The notes under the pieces were generated by a model. The model saw only the letters and a list, made by a program, of their open reading frames with translations. It made no database searches and was not told the origin of the DNA. This document shows positions 25,655-36,190 of a DNA stretch of 64,000 bases, piece after piece (within the stretch, counting starts at the first letter, position 1; every line of letters begins with the position of its first letter). The stretch lies in the IMG/VR virus record IMGVR_UViG_3300028653_000011. The stretch is one strand, 5' to 3'. A program made the translations under genes and the position numbers. Source of the stretch: a virus (Duplodnaviria > Heunggongvirae > Uroviricota > Caudoviricetes).

Positions 25655-27151
25655 TTACTGCAATGCAACCACCTTGAATGGCGCCGAGACAGCCCGGTAC
25701 AATTGTTGACTACCGTCGGTGATGATCAGGATGTCTATCACATAGGTGTGCCCAGCCGTCAAATTTGATGCGTCAAGTCGAAAGAACATGCCGGCTGAAT
25801 CATTCGACAGGCGCGTCGAATTGGTCACGGTGTCAAACGGGATGGCAATGCCGGCGGTGTCGACGTCTCTGACTTGATAATGAGCGTCTCGTAGCACGAT
25901 GCCCGGCAATTCAACGGGCAACCTGATCGCTGTCATTAGAGCGGGTTGTGTGTAGTCAAAGAGGTTGACCCGTAACACCGGTGCTTCCGATACATCGAGG
26001 GTGTCAACCAAGTTGTGAACAGTAACGTTGAACTTTCGAGGAGACAGTGATTGTGGGCCACGCTGTGGTGGGTAGGCCTTGATGGTGCTGCCCGTCAAGT
26101 AAGTGACTGCCCCATTGAGAGAGCCCCAGATCGGGGTGAAGGTAATGGAACCTGATGTCTGCCATTGCGGGAGCAGCAGGTGATCCGTCGATGAGATGAG
26201 GACTGATGCTGAATAGATGCCCACTGCTGGGTTGTGACCGTAGTAGTGCTGTGATCCCGTGAAGTACATCGACCACGTGCCGCCCGACACGGGCGTAGTT
26301 AGCTGTAACAGTAGGCTCTGCGAACCCGTCACTGGCGTTGAACCTGACACTAGGTTGGCAGGAGCCTGGCGGACATAATTGTAGAGGAAGAGGTAGCTAG
26401 GTGAGTCGAGGTACAGGTTGTCGGTGTCGTCTTGGATTGAGTCATCAAACCTGACCAACAATCGAGGTTGCAGGTCGACATTGTATGCGTCACGACTGGC
26501 GAAGCGTTTGACGAAGTAAGAGTGAGTGTCAGCCTCCAACGCTGAGTCGAGTGAGATCCTGAAGCCTGAGTTGGGGATCAACCCCGCCAACGTGGCTGAT
26601 ACCATGGTCGTCACGTCGACGTCGAGGTCTTCGGTGCCCTTGACGAAGAACTGGCTGGCGCGATACGTGGTGAAGTAGTCACAGTTGGCAGTGCCCCCGC
26701 CACCACAACCTTGAGATTGCCAACTACCACTCGCCATAGATGACGTCAAGTAGTTGCATGGATAGGTGTCAGAGTAGTACACCACGTCGCGACCAATGCC
26801 TTCGTCGAATGACGCCGACAATGGATAGACGACGACGTTGAAGTTAGTGGGGGTAGGTTGCCCGCCGTAGACGTCGAAGAGGTGCAGGTGACACGAGAAC
26901 GACGGCGCCGAAGCATCGAGCAAACCTTGCGTCACCAGCGACTGTAACGGTGATAGATCGAACTGGATCAACAGCCTCGACAGTTCGGTGTTGGGCACCG
27001 ATGAACTGCCGACCAGCGTTGAGGTGTACCCATACAACTTGAAGAGGTCGAGGGTCGCGGCGACGCCGACATTGGCATTCAATTGGGCTGCACCATTGAC
27101 AACCCTGTTAGTAATGTACGTGTCGGCGAGGGGGCGGAGTGTTTTGAACAT
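25655..27151 (-). CDS. Virion structural protein
   Basis: ADTYIT, SRLLIQFDL, FDEGIGRD, KRFASR pattern (DNRLRE-like), next to wedge genes. Confidence 0.65.
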   Translation of the reverse strand: MFKTLRPLADTYITNRVVNGAAQLNANVGVAATLDLFKLYGYTSTLVGSSSVPNTELSRLLIQFDLSPLQSLVTQGLLDASAPSFSCHLHLFDVYGGQPTPTNFNVVVYPLSASFDEGIGRDVVYYSDTYPCNYLTSSMASGSWQSQGCGGGGTANCDYFTTYRASQFFVKGTEDLDVDVTTMVSATLAGLIPNSGFRISLDSALEADTHSYFVKRFASRDAYNVDLQPRLLVRFDDSIQDDTDNLYLDSPSYLFLYNYVRQAPANLVSGSTPVTGSQSLLLQLTTPVSGGTWSMYFTGSQHYYGHNPAVGIYSASVLISSTDHLLLPQWQTSGSITFTPIWGSLNGAVTYLTGSTIKAYPPQRGPQSLSPRKFNVTVHNLVDTLDVSEAPVLRVNLFDYTQPALMTAIRLPVELPGIVLRDAHYQVRDVDTAGIAIPFDTVTNSTRLSNDSAGMFFRLDASNLTAGHTYVIDILIITDGSQQLYRAVSAPFKVVALQ

Positions 27152-29001
27152 TAGGCGCTCACGGTCGCAACGATGTCAATTTCGGGATACCTGATCTCGA
27201 AGATGCCACCCGCTGAGGGGAAGATCAGGCCGTGGTGGGTATTGGAATTGACATCAAAGGTGATGTTGCTGTACTGCATGTTGTTGACAAGGCCGTTGAT
27301 GCCAGTGAACTGCATGTTGTTGAGTGAAATGATGCCAGGCACGGTGTAGATGACGTTCCTGACGTTGTCGATGATGATGGGTTGATCGATCTGGAAGTTA
27401 CCGATCTGGAAGTACGTCTGGAGCTTTGTCAGTACGTTCTGCAACACGATCTGTCGATTCAACGACGGATCAATCAAGACATCAAAGTTGAACGTTAGGT
27501 CAATGACGCGAGCGTCGAGAATGTCGATGGCGTCGCTGATCATGCGGTAGGGATTGAGGTACTTGATCAAGTTCTGCTTAAGCGTGTCAGGAGAGGTGAT
27601 CAATTGCCCTTGAGCATTACGGGAGACAATGAATAGTTGCGTCGCCAGTGGATTGTTGGGATTGGACCTGACGCCGGCTCGAAAGACGCGGCCAAAGTTG
27701 GCTGGAATGGTGTAGACGCGTGCCAAAAGGTCAGGACGGGTCACAATCCGCTCTTGACTGTTGCGGATCGCTGGTACCAACGCCGTCAAGTCAGCCGAAG
27801 AGGGCGCATCGTCACCACCTGAGGCTTCGATCAAGTTGGTCACCTCGAGGCTACCTTTGACCGCCGCGGCGACCGCGGGCGTGGGGTTGCCCGGAAAGAC
27901 CATGTTGAGCAACTTCACCGTCTGAATGCTGTCGTGTTCAACATTGTGACTGAGGCCACCACCGTAGCGATAGGTGATCTGGTACGTGGTGTTGGCCGCC
28001 GCAACACCCAACGTCGTCGTCTGGAGCAGTTGCTGCGGATTGATGGAGATCCGGGAGAACGTGGTGGTGTATGGAAAAGAGATGGCAAAGCTAGATGGGT
28101 CAGGAATGATGTCGTCGGTCAGCGTGTCAGCATTGCCACCGCCGAACGTCAATGTCGTTCGCCGAGTGTCAAGGGCCGTCGTGGCGGTGAAACGAAACGG
28201 CGCCGGAATGACCTTGATCGCGTTGGGGACGAGGTCATTGTCACCCGCGGTATTGGTGACGTTCTGGTAGACAACGTCATTCGTCAACGCATCGACCTCA
28301 TAATAGGTGTTGCCCAATAGGTCATTGACGGTGACGATGTCAGACACGTTGGCATTCTGCAGGGTGATCTTGTTGAATGGAGTGAAGCCCGCGCCCACAA
28401 TGATGTTCTCGGTCGTTTCCTGTCCCGAGATGCAGAGCCCGGATTGGGCCATGATGTAGGTTTGGGGCGTGCCATTGGGTGCCTTCTGACCGATCTTAAT
28501 CGTCGCTGCATAGGCGCCATTTGACAGCGTCGCAGTGAAGTCAATGTCCTCAAGCAGGTTGAAGCTCGTCCCATTGTTGGCGATGAAGATTGAATTGGTC
28601 TTGATGATCGGAATGGCGGCAGGCAGGGGCCCAATGGCATTATTGATGTTGGCGGCAGGCACCTCAACGTAGACGGTGACCGGGACGATGGCGGGGCTGG
28701 CACCGACGATGGGTACGCCCGAAGTGTCAAGGATGCGTTGAATGTTGATGGTTTCGACGGCGGTGGAGGGATCGAGTTCACCGAATGCATGATCGATGTA
28801 GAATGAAAGGTTGTCCCCGACGATTCCTGCGAGATCGAGAAGGAGGCCCCCAAGGGATGCCTCCGAGAAGTCGCGTAGTCGATCGGGATAATATGTCCTC
28901 GCGTATTCTAGGAGTGTCGCGCGTAGTGAGTTAAAATCACGCGCAAGGTACTTGCGCTGACGCACAGTCTTTAAATCGTCACGTTGCAACGCCATGGTCA
29001 C
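27151..29001 (-). CDS. Baseplate wedge subunit (T4 gp6 / baseplate J-like)
   Basis: YLARDFNSLR, DFSEASLGG, LSFYID, SQERIVTRPD. Confidence 0.85.
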   Translation of the reverse strand: MTMALQRDDLKTVRQRKYLARDFNSLRATLLEYARTYYPDRLRDFSEASLGGLLLDLAGIVGDNLSFYIDHAFGELDPSTAVETINIQRILDTSGVPIVGASPAIVPVTVYVEVPAANINNAIGPLPAAIPIIKTNSIFIANNGTSFNLLEDIDFTATLSNGAYAATIKIGQKAPNGTPQTYIMAQSGLCISGQETTENIIVGAGFTPFNKITLQNANVSDIVTVNDLLGNTYYEVDALTNDVVYQNVTNTAGDNDLVPNAIKVIPAPFRFTATTALDTRRTTLTFGGGNADTLTDDIIPDPSSFAISFPYTTTFSRISINPQQLLQTTTLGVAAANTTYQITYRYGGGLSHNVEHDSIQTVKLLNMVFPGNPTPAVAAAVKGSLEVTNLIEASGGDDAPSSADLTALVPAIRNSQERIVTRPDLLARVYTIPANFGRVFRAGVRSNPNNPLATQLFIVSRNAQGQLITSPDTLKQNLIKYLNPYRMISDAIDILDARVIDLTFNFDVLIDPSLNRQIVLQNVLTKLQTYFQIGNFQIDQPIIIDNVRNVIYTVPGIISLNNMQFTGINGLVNNMQYSNITFDVNSNTHHGLIFPSAGGIFEIRYPEIDIVATVSA

Positions 29002-29004
29002 CCT

Positions 29005-29010
29005 TAAGTA
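29005..29010 (-). promoter_or_regulatory. Putative late-promoter motif TACTTA
   Basis: Immediately upstream of the gp6-like start. Confidence 0.5.
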
Positions 29011-29019
29011 GGACGTACG

Positions 29020-29490
29020 TTAGATCGCGTACAACGTTACTCGTGTCTTGCGGTTAAAGATGTTCAGGTTTGGGATGCTGAATGTGATTGTGATTGTCAC
29101 CTGTGCGATGCCCGGCGTCTGCCTACCCGTGCGGTCGATCTCCGACAGGAAGTTGACGAGGTCGATGTAGGGCATCCACCGTTGGACTGCATTCTTGATG
29201 CGGGTGACGGCCTGTGAGTCAAAGTCATCGGGCGACGTTAGGTCGCTGAGCAGGGGTTTGAGATTGGCACCGAAGTCATAGAGGCCCAAGCGCTCGCCCC
29301 AGTTGGTCTGCAACAGGTTCCTGAAGTTGTCGACGACTTGGGTGCCGAGGTCGGTCGACGTCGCCAGCAGGTCGGTCGTCCCCAACATCAAGGGAGTGAC
29401 GATGCCGATGACGGGCAGCGTGACGGCCAACTTATTGGCTTGCTGCGTCGCCTGGGTGATGCCTGATGACTTGAAGTTGTAGGTACCCAT
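29020..29490 (-). CDS. Baseplate wedge protein gp25-like (GPW_gp25)
   Basis: NLLQTNWGER-DFGANL and AVQRWMPYI. Confidence 0.88.
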   Translation of the reverse strand: MGTYNFKSSGITQATQQANKLAVTLPVIGIVTPLMLGTTDLLATSTDLGTQVVDNFRNLLQTNWGERLGLYDFGANLKPLLSDLTSPDDFDSQAVTRIKNAVQRWMPYIDLVNFLSEIDRTGRQTPGIAQVTITITFSIPNLNIFNRKTRVTLYAI

Positions 29491-29495
29491 GGTGA

Positions 29496-29717
29496 TCAGG
29501 TGATCGTTCCAACGCCAGTGACAGGGCCTCCTGCTGCGCCCGGAGGGGCGATCAGTGCGGTGGGCAATACGAGGGCTTGGGCGACGATGACGGTGAAGAT
29601 CTGACCCACGACAGTCTTCCACTTGTCGAGCGCCTCCGACTGTACGTCAGACGGAATGTTGAGGGCGGCGACGATGGCTTGAGCACACTGCGCCGCGGCG
29701 GCATCATTGAGGGGCAT
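29496..29717 (-). CDS. Small baseplate/spike-associated protein
   Basis: Ends GGPVTGVGTIT; sits between the spike-like and gp25-like genes; TAGTTA upstream. Confidence 0.6.
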   Translation of the reverse strand: MPLNDAAAAQCAQAIVAALNIPSDVQSEALDKWKTVVGQIFTVIVAQALVLPTALIAPPGAAGGPVTGVGTIT

Positions 29718-29744
29718 GATCTGTAACTACCTTTCGCATCGTCA

Positions 29745-31208
29745 TCACAAGAGAAGAATTTTCGTTGCGAACTCGCCATTAGTGGCGCCCGCGCCGTGCG
29801 AGCCGCCCATGCTGTCGACGATGGGTGCAGCCGTCACTTGACCCGAGCCGTCGCCGTTGCCGGTGATGGCCTTTGAACACAGGACGCTCAAGTTGGCACC
29901 GTCGCCGCCCAATTTGATGACGCCCTTCTTGGCGGGAGTGAAGACAATGTCGCCGTTGGTCCTGACGATGACAGACGCACAGTTATCGGGGTTAGCGTCA
30001 GGATCCTTGACGTTGCCATCGGCGTCCTTTTCCGTCGCCCCCATCACCAGGATGACCACGTCGTGCCGGGCGATCAACCTGATCTTGTCGGTCTTGACGC
30101 CTAGGGCACCCTCACCTGAACCATCATTGATTGCCGTCGCCGAAGAGTGTGCAGCTACCACGCTGTCGATGCCGAATTTGGCGTCGGGCTTGGCTTTCTG
30201 TGACAGCAGGACTCGCGTCCTGTCGTTCTTGAAATCAACGTCGCCCTCTTGGCCCGTCAAGTCCTTCTTCGATTTTCCTAACTCCTTGCGACCCAATTCA
30301 TTGACTTCGGCCTTACCCGCCGTCAATGGAGTCTGCCCGCGGCCCACTACCACATCGATGGCCCCTGCTCCGCCCCTGATGTCACCAGCACATGGTTTGG
30401 GTACCATTCCCTGGTTGGGATCCGATGAATAATCTGAGATGGGCCCGGTGCGATCGGTACCCAGAATGATCAACGTGTTGTTGCTGCCTTCGAAGGCAAT
30501 TTCATCGGGGCGTTTGCGGTATCGAGGCACCGCTTCGTACTGAATGATCTGTGAAGCATCGGACGTCGTCAACACCTTCTTGTAGGCATCGGGATCATCA
30601 GGTAGCGTCGCCGTCGATGGAATTGCATAGCGGTCGCCGTCCTTACTATTGACGACGCCATTCTTGAATTCATACTTGGGATCGTCGGTGCCATTAAAGA
30701 CGTCGCTGAGGCCGGGCAAAAAAGATTGGTCGTGCTGTCGATCGGCGTGGGTGTAATTAAGATCCTCGACAAAGTTGGGTTGCACGATGCGACAGAACCA
30801 GTACCCGAGCTCATTGGACTTGGCATCAGAGTGTTCAAACATCCCCCAAACGTGCTCTCCTGGTTTGGCAGGAAAGGCGAGGTGTGGCGGGAAAAACGGG
30901 TACAATACCATCACCTTTTCACTGGCGCCTGAGTCACCTCCCATCACCCGGCGCGCGATGATCGAATTTCTCGGAGCGACGGTCGCGTATTGGATGTTGG
31001 CGACCTTTAGATCGTGTTCGTAGTGCGATAGCTTGGTGCCATCGAGCGTTGCCGGGTCGCTGATGACATCGAGAATGACAAAGCGTAGGAAGATCGGAAA
31101 GCCCCCGGGTGCATGGTCGTACGCCGCCTTACGCCGCAGCACGTCGTCGGCGTTGCCTTCGGTGATGTGCTTGACCATCTCAAGCGCGTCATACTTGTTA
31201 CCGGGCAC
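29745..31208 (-). CDS. Baseplate hub / central spike-like protein (gp5 OB-fold-like N-terminus)
   Basis: YPFFP-PAKPGEHVW, FEGSNNTLIILG, DKIRLIAR; position next to gp25. Confidence 0.65.
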   Translation of the reverse strand: MPGNKYDALEMVKHITEGNADDVLRRKAAYDHAPGGFPIFLRFVILDVISDPATLDGTKLSHYEHDLKVANIQYATVAPRNSIIARRVMGGDSGASEKVMVLYPFFPPHLAFPAKPGEHVWGMFEHSDAKSNELGYWFCRIVQPNFVEDLNYTHADRQHDQSFLPGLSDVFNGTDDPKYEFKNGVVNSKDGDRYAIPSTATLPDDPDAYKKVLTTSDASQIIQYEAVPRYRKRPDEIAFEGSNNTLIILGTDRTGPISDYSSDPNQGMVPKPCAGDIRGGAGAIDVVVGRGQTPLTAGKAEVNELGRKELGKSKKDLTGQEGDVDFKNDRTRVLLSQKAKPDAKFGIDSVVAAHSSATAINDGSGEGALGVKTDKIRLIARHDVVILVMGATEKDADGNVKDPDANPDNCASVIVRTNGDIVFTPAKKGVIKLGGDGANLSVLCSKAITGNGDGSGQVTAAPIVDSMGGSHGAGATNGEFATKILLL

Positions 31209-31247
31209 CGGGTGACCTCACCTCGATACGTAACCTACGCACGTGGA

Positions 31248-31637
31248 TCACGCCCCTTTGTTGATGCGATCGAACAGGTCGTCGGCGTCTAGCTCATTGT
31301 CCTTGCGTTCGGCTTGGGCGACGAGATCGGCGAGCTTGATCAGCTGGTCGTTGGCTTTTGCCATGCGTTCAATGCAGCTCGTCAGCGTTTTAGCGTGGAC
31401 GGCGTATTCAGTGCTGGTGCTAGTGCTTTTGGCGTTGATCAGGTTGAAGACCTGCTTGAAGACGATGAAACTGTTCTGTCGATCGCTGATCGCGTTCTCA
31501 TAGATGTTCTTCCATAACTCACGTTTCTTGTCGCTGAGGTTCTCAATGTCCTTGAGTAGGTCACTGAAGTCACGAATTTTTGCCTCAAAGTCACGTTCGG
31601 AAATTTCAACAATGGACGTAGGATTAGGATCAGTCAT
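31248..31637 (-). CDS. Hypothetical helical protein
   Basis: Coiled-coil-like ORF; TAAGTA upstream. Confidence 0.7.
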   Translation of the reverse strand: MTDPNPTSIVEISERDFEAKIRDFSDLLKDIENLSDKKRELWKNIYENAISDRQNSFIVFKQVFNLINAKSTSTSTEYAVHAKTLTSCIERMAKANDQLIKLADLVAQAERKDNELDADDLFDRINKGA

Positions 31638-31662
31638 GACAATACTTAGGTGTAGGTGGATG

Positions 31663-32463
31663 TCAAAACAGCTTGAACTTTGGATCGAGCTTGAACCGAC
31701 GGTACTGCTTCTTGATCGCCTGCAGTGTCGTTGTCAATTGCTTGGGTGATAGCCCACTTAGTTCACGCATGTAGAGCAGGATGGCACTCTTGCTCAACAG
31801 GTCAATGTCATCAATATTCTCGAAGATGGTAATAATGCTGTTGATGCACGCGAGTTCATTCTCCGACTTCACCTTGCTGCGGATCTCATATAGCAGACCC
31901 ACCATCGCGTGCACCGACGATTGATTTTCAAGCACCACATCTTGACCCGGGATAGTGCAGTGATCCTCAACAATGCGCTGTTCATTGGCTGACAGTGCTT
32001 CGGGATCGTCGAGGCTGACCGAACGGCGTACGCGTTGATTCTTCTGCTTCGTCTTGATGATGAGCCAGTTCTTTGAAACTACATTGAAGTATGAGAACGC
32101 GTTAGTTCCTCTGGTCGAGTCAAACTTATGTAGCGTCTCGAACAGGAAGTTGATGCAGTCGTTCTTCAGGTCATCGTAGGTGTCGTGCAGTGAAGTGAAC
32201 TTATGGATGTTGATCAGGTTCTCAACCAACTTCTGGAATGCCGGCAAGATGCTGGTGACGTAAAGCCTGTCTCGTTCCTTCTTGTCGCCGGCCTTGTCGG
32301 CGATCTGAAAGGCGACAATGGCGGCCTGCGTGCCAGCATTGAAGTACATGCGGGCGGCCTTGGCGGCCGCCTTCTGCTCGGGCGTCAAGGGAGGTGTAGC
32401 AGGTTGAGGTTCGACGATCATTGGATTGTGACCTTTGACGGCGACAACATTCTTACGCTTCAT
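31663..32463 (-). CDS. Phage sigma-factor-like protein (T4 gp55-type late sigma)
   Basis: MYF, KLVENLI, DDLKNDC, KFDSTRGTNAFSYFNVV resemble sigma region 2 / gp55. Confidence 0.7.
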   Translation of the reverse strand: MKRKNVVAVKGHNPMIVEPQPATPPLTPEQKAAAKAARMYFNAGTQAAIVAFQIADKAGDKKERDRLYVTSILPAFQKLVENLINIHKFTSLHDTYDDLKNDCINFLFETLHKFDSTRGTNAFSYFNVVSKNWLIIKTKQKNQRVRRSVSLDDPEALSANEQRIVEDHCTIPGQDVVLENQSSVHAMVGLLYEIRSKVKSENELACINSIITIFENIDDIDLLSKSAILLYMRELSGLSPKQLTTTLQAIKKQYRRFKLDPKFKLF

Positions 32464-32496
32464 TGATCACCGGTTGAAAGGCCATGTTAGTTGATC

Positions 32497-32814
32497 TTAC
32501 ACCACATCGTCAGTCGTGGCCCCGGAACCGCCATAGGCCACGACCTTGCTGGCGACTGCCAACACGCTGTTGCGTGCCAGCTTGATGTCATGGATGACGT
32601 CTTGGATGACAGGTTCATCGCTGAGGACCGGGATTGCCGCGTGGTGAGCCAGCCGCGCGTAACAGTGATCGAGCACGTCGAGTGATTCTTCAATCTGATC
32701 GACGAGCTCTTCACGTTGGTCGCTCAATGCTAGGTTCTGCCTCACCGTCACCAGGTTCAACCAGGCTGAGCCCAACAGTAACAACGTGACAATGATGGCC
32801 CATGCCCACAGCAT
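32497..32814 (-). CDS. Small membrane-anchored coiled-coil protein
   Basis: N-terminal TM helix. Confidence 0.65.
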   Translation of the reverse strand: MLWAWAIIVTLLLLGSAWLNLVTVRQNLALSDQREELVDQIEESLDVLDHCYARLAHHAAIPVLSDEPVIQDVIHDIKLARNSVLAVASKVVAYGGSGATTDDVV

Positions 32815-33971
32815 CAGATGTACTCCTTGAGGGCGGCGTCGTACTGCTTGCAGATTGCACTGAGGCTGTACTTCTCCAACAACACTGGTGCCAGTTCAGT
32901 CGCCCACTGCTTGGGAATGGTGGGGCTCTGCCTGAACTTCAACACGCGCTTCTTCACATCTTCCTCACTGGCGTTGGCCCATCGGGCGCCCTTGACGAAG
33001 ATCTTGTTATCGATGCGGCTCGCGTGAACTTCGGCCAACTGGTAGTAGATGCTGACGTACTTGCCGTGCTTCATGAAGTCAAGGTGACCTGACCAGCCCG
33101 TGGCAATGACGGGTAGGCCCGACGCCGCGGCTTCGAGGATGGGGAGGCCATAGCCCTCGCCCCGCGTCAGAGTGACCAGTGCCTTGACCTTCGGGTGCTT
33201 GTACAGTGCAGCGACCTCACCGTCGGTCATGTCGCCGTGAAGCAGGTAGGCCTTGGGAAACTTGTTGCCTCGCCGTGACTCATTGATGACGCCCGTCAAT
33301 AGGTTCTTCGTCAGACCGCGATCAATGAGGCTATTCTTACCGACGTTGGTCTTGAGGATGATGCCTACTTCGGCATCATCCTTGAACGTTTCACACAGCC
33401 ACTTGATGGTGTAGAAGATGTTCTTGCGATCGCTCTCGGCGTTGGCGCCCGTCAGCTGGCCAAAGACCAAGAAGTTGAAGGGGGTGTCAAAGTCGAGCGC
33501 CAAGTCAATCGGAGGTTCGCTGATGGCGGTGCTGTAGGCCTCAGGAATGACGTAGAGGGGCCGCGTCACCGTGCCCGAATTGGTCAAGCACGCCTTGGTG
33601 TGCTGTGACGGGACGACGACAGCAGTCATCTTGTTACATGCGGCGACCCACTCGGGATTGCAGCGGTCGGTCTCGACGCCGGCGGTGATGCCGATGTTGA
33701 TGGGGGCAAGGGTGGGATCCCATTCATTGGGAAGTTGCAATTGCACCGTGACGTCGGCCTTGGTGTCGAAGGGCACGCTGCGCTGCATGATCTGTCCGAC
33801 GAGGCCTCCGTGAAGCTCGGCGTCAATGAGCCAGGGTGTGTCTCCCCATGGCAGAGTACCAAACTTGACGTCAAGATCAGGACGAGACAGGAGCCACTTC
33901 GCCAGCTGGCGCGCGTGCACCCCGTAACCCGATTGTGTCAGTGAGGGTCCGCGAAGGAGGACGGTTTTCAT
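32814..33971 (-). CDS. GT4 (GT-B) glycosyltransferase
   Basis: SGYG, DRKN, RGEGYGLPILEAAASGLPVI. Confidence 0.9.
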   Translation of the reverse strand: MKTVLLRGPSLTQSGYGVHARQLAKWLLSRPDLDVKFGTLPWGDTPWLIDAELHGGLVGQIMQRSVPFDTKADVTVQLQLPNEWDPTLAPINIGITAGVETDRCNPEWVAACNKMTAVVVPSQHTKACLTNSGTVTRPLYVIPEAYSTAISEPPIDLALDFDTPFNFLVFGQLTGANAESDRKNIFYTIKWLCETFKDDAEVGIILKTNVGKNSLIDRGLTKNLLTGVINESRRGNKFPKAYLLHGDMTDGEVAALYKHPKVKALVTLTRGEGYGLPILEAAASGLPVIATGWSGHLDFMKHGKYVSIYYQLAEVHASRIDNKIFVKGARWANASEEDVKKRVLKFRQSPTIPKQWATELAPVLLEKYSLSAICKQYDAALKEYI

Positions 33972-35224
33972 AGCTCCACCTTACTCCACCTCGCCGGCCG
34001 CTTGCCCGCTTTCCACTCACTGACCAACTTAGTCAGTGACGTATCCCAATTAACAATCATCTGGTTGATGTTGTAGTCCCTCAAGGCATGTGCTCGGCAC
34101 TTGATGCCTAAGGCGTCACGGCCCTCGGCACCCATGTCGTACACTGTCATGAAGGCCTTGGCCAGCGTTTCATGTGAACAGAAGTCCTCAAAGATGTAGG
34201 GCACAAGTTGATTGCCCACTAGCGTCTTGACCTCAGGTTCAATGGCCACTCCGTACTGCTCCCCCGTCTGATAGTCCTCGACCTGTCGCGTCAGGCCACC
34301 CGTCTTCAGTGCAATGATGGGCTTACCTGCCATCTTGGCCTCGAGGATGGGTAGGCCAAAGCCTTCATTGCAGCTACGATTGACGACGGTGTCACAGACG
34401 TTGTAGAGGGCGTTCATCTCCGGGAAGCCGATGCGATCCTTCGAGAAGATGACGTGGTTGCGCAGGTGTAGCATGTCGATGACGTGGTGCAGGTTCGGGC
34501 CCTCAGGATCGAGGGGATCAGAGTGGCACACAAATGACGCCTTGCGGTGACCTTCCTTCTTCTCAAGCGCGTCGAGGAACTGCTTGAAGGAGACGATGAT
34601 GTCGGACGGCACCTTGCGGCGTGCATTGCGGCTGACGAACAACACGGTGAAGTGATCGAGCCTGTCCTTACCCAGGACCAATTCCTTCAAGCGTGCCTTC
34701 TCGGAGGCGGGCAGTGGGAAGAAGATGTTGTCGGGGACGGCGTGCGGGATGTAGTTGGTCTTGTCGGGAAAGCGCTGGTGGACCATGTCGTAGGTCGGGT
34801 AGTTGATGCAATTGACGAGGTCGATTGACTCGTAGATGACGCGATTGAACTCGGGCCACGGGGGATTGTCCCATAGGTGATTGTAGGCGATCGGACAGAG
34901 TTGGTGGATTTCGTCCTCAATCTCCCACACGTGCATGAAGAATCGTGGGTCAGTGAAAAGTAGTAACACATCGGGTCGTTCAACTGCAAGTACTTGTCGT
35001 AGGATGTTCTTGTTACCAAAGCCATCAATGGGTTTGATGATGAAGTCATCGCTGACTTTGATGGTGTCGTAATTCTCGTGCTTGACGGCACCCCCGAATA
35101 CTTTGAAGCTGTACTTGCCGGTGTTGATGAGGCCTTGCGCGAGCCAACGGGACTGCGTTCCGACGCCCGAAGTAGACAACGGGTGATCTGCGAGCATCAG
35201 GATCTTCGTCTTCTGTTGTGTCAT
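33968..35224 (-). CDS. GT4 (GT-B) glycosyltransferase
   Basis: SGVG, RNARRK, NEGFGLPILEAKMAGKPII. Confidence 0.9.
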   Translation of the reverse strand: MTQQKTKILMLADHPLSTSGVGTQSRWLAQGLINTGKYSFKVFGGAVKHENYDTIKVSDDFIIKPIDGFGNKNILRQVLAVERPDVLLLFTDPRFFMHVWEIEDEIHQLCPIAYNHLWDNPPWPEFNRVIYESIDLVNCINYPTYDMVHQRFPDKTNYIPHAVPDNIFFPLPASEKARLKELVLGKDRLDHFTVLFVSRNARRKVPSDIIVSFKQFLDALEKKEGHRKASFVCHSDPLDPEGPNLHHVIDMLHLRNHVIFSKDRIGFPEMNALYNVCDTVVNRSCNEGFGLPILEAKMAGKPIIALKTGGLTRQVEDYQTGEQYGVAIEPEVKTLVGNQLVPYIFEDFCSHETLAKAFMTVYDMGAEGRDALGIKCRAHALRDYNINQMIVNWDTSLTKLVSEWKAGKRPARWSKVEL

Positions 35225-35289
35225 TGCGGCCCAAGACCTTTCGTGATCAGCATCATACTCAACTCTAATCCTGTTGTGCAGGTATTGAT

Positions 35290-36159
35290 CTACGTACAGT
35301 GCGGCGTCTGGTAAAATTGACAGAACGTACAACTGGCCCGATTCTTCTTCGTCACCCCCGCCTTGATGCTAGTCAGCATGTTGTTGACGACCTGCAGCGA
35401 CCGCCTCGTCGTCACTTCCCCCACTGACACCGAGAACAATTCGCAGCGCGCGCCGGCCTTAGCAGTCCGCTTCAACAGAACGAAGCCACACCTGACGTCC
35501 TTGGGATCTGTCCCCGTCTTGATCGACCAATAGTTCTTGTAGAGGATGATCTGCGCCTTGACCATGTCGTCTTCTTTCTTCTCGCGCTTCCACCCCCAGC
35601 CACACGTCTTCCAGTCGAGCAACCAGACCAGTCGCTTCTTGAACGGTCCATCACACAGGATGACGCCGTCAATGTAACCCTTGAAGGCATGCGGGTGGCC
35701 CTCGATGGGTTCATAGAGGTAGTGCTCGGCGTCGATGAACTCCCAATTCTTGAACGTCGCATCGAGCCACGCAGGTACTTCGGGCAGGATCGCCAATCCC
35801 TCCTTGCCGAACTGCGTGAAGGCATCGGTGGTGTAGTCACCAGGCAATCGGACGGCGTGCTCGGTCCACAGCTCTTTCAACTTGTCGAGAAAGATGCGCT
35901 TGACCATCTTGCGGGTGCGGAGGTAGTGCTCGCAGGCCGCGTGCATCGCCGTGCCGAAGTCCATGTGGACGCTGGGTAGATCGGCATCGATGTGGTCAAT
36001 GTGCTGCAACTTGTGACGGTAACTGCATTCCGCCCAACCCTTGACTTCGCTGAAGGACACGTGCAGCTTACCCGTGGGCAATAACTCGAAACGCGACGGA
36101 TCAATCGTTTCAGGTACCGCGCCGTCTGCACCAGCGACGATGTCCTCTGGTTCACTCAT
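35290..36159 (-). CDS. PD-(D/E)XK exonuclease (Cas4/RecB-like, four Cys)
   Basis: SFS-CSYR, FGTAMH, KGYID, DWKT, Q-LY, CTFCQF-C. Confidence 0.88.
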   Translation of the reverse strand: MSEPEDIVAGADGAVPETIDPSRFELLPTGKLHVSFSEVKGWAECSYRHKLQHIDHIDADLPSVHMDFGTAMHAACEHYLRTRKMVKRIFLDKLKELWTEHAVRLPGDYTTDAFTQFGKEGLAILPEVPAWLDATFKNWEFIDAEHYLYEPIEGHPHAFKGYIDGVILCDGPFKKRLVWLLDWKTCGWGWKREKKEDDMVKAQIILYKNYWSIKTGTDPKDVRCGFVLLKRTAKAGARCELFSVSVGEVTTRRSLQVVNNMLTSIKAGVTKKNRASCTFCQFYQTPHCT

Positions 36160-36190
36160 CCCATGATCTTATGCCACGTGCACGTCGAGT

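Noticed and set aside
13108-31749. Numerous + strand ORFs opposite the structural genes
   Set aside because: Antisense shadow ORFs expected in high-GC coding DNA; no RBS or motifs
35290-36159. Cas4-like nuclease as evidence of a CRISPR-Cas system
   Set aside because: No repeat-spacer array or other cas genes seen; solo Cas4/RecB-like exonucleases are common in phages
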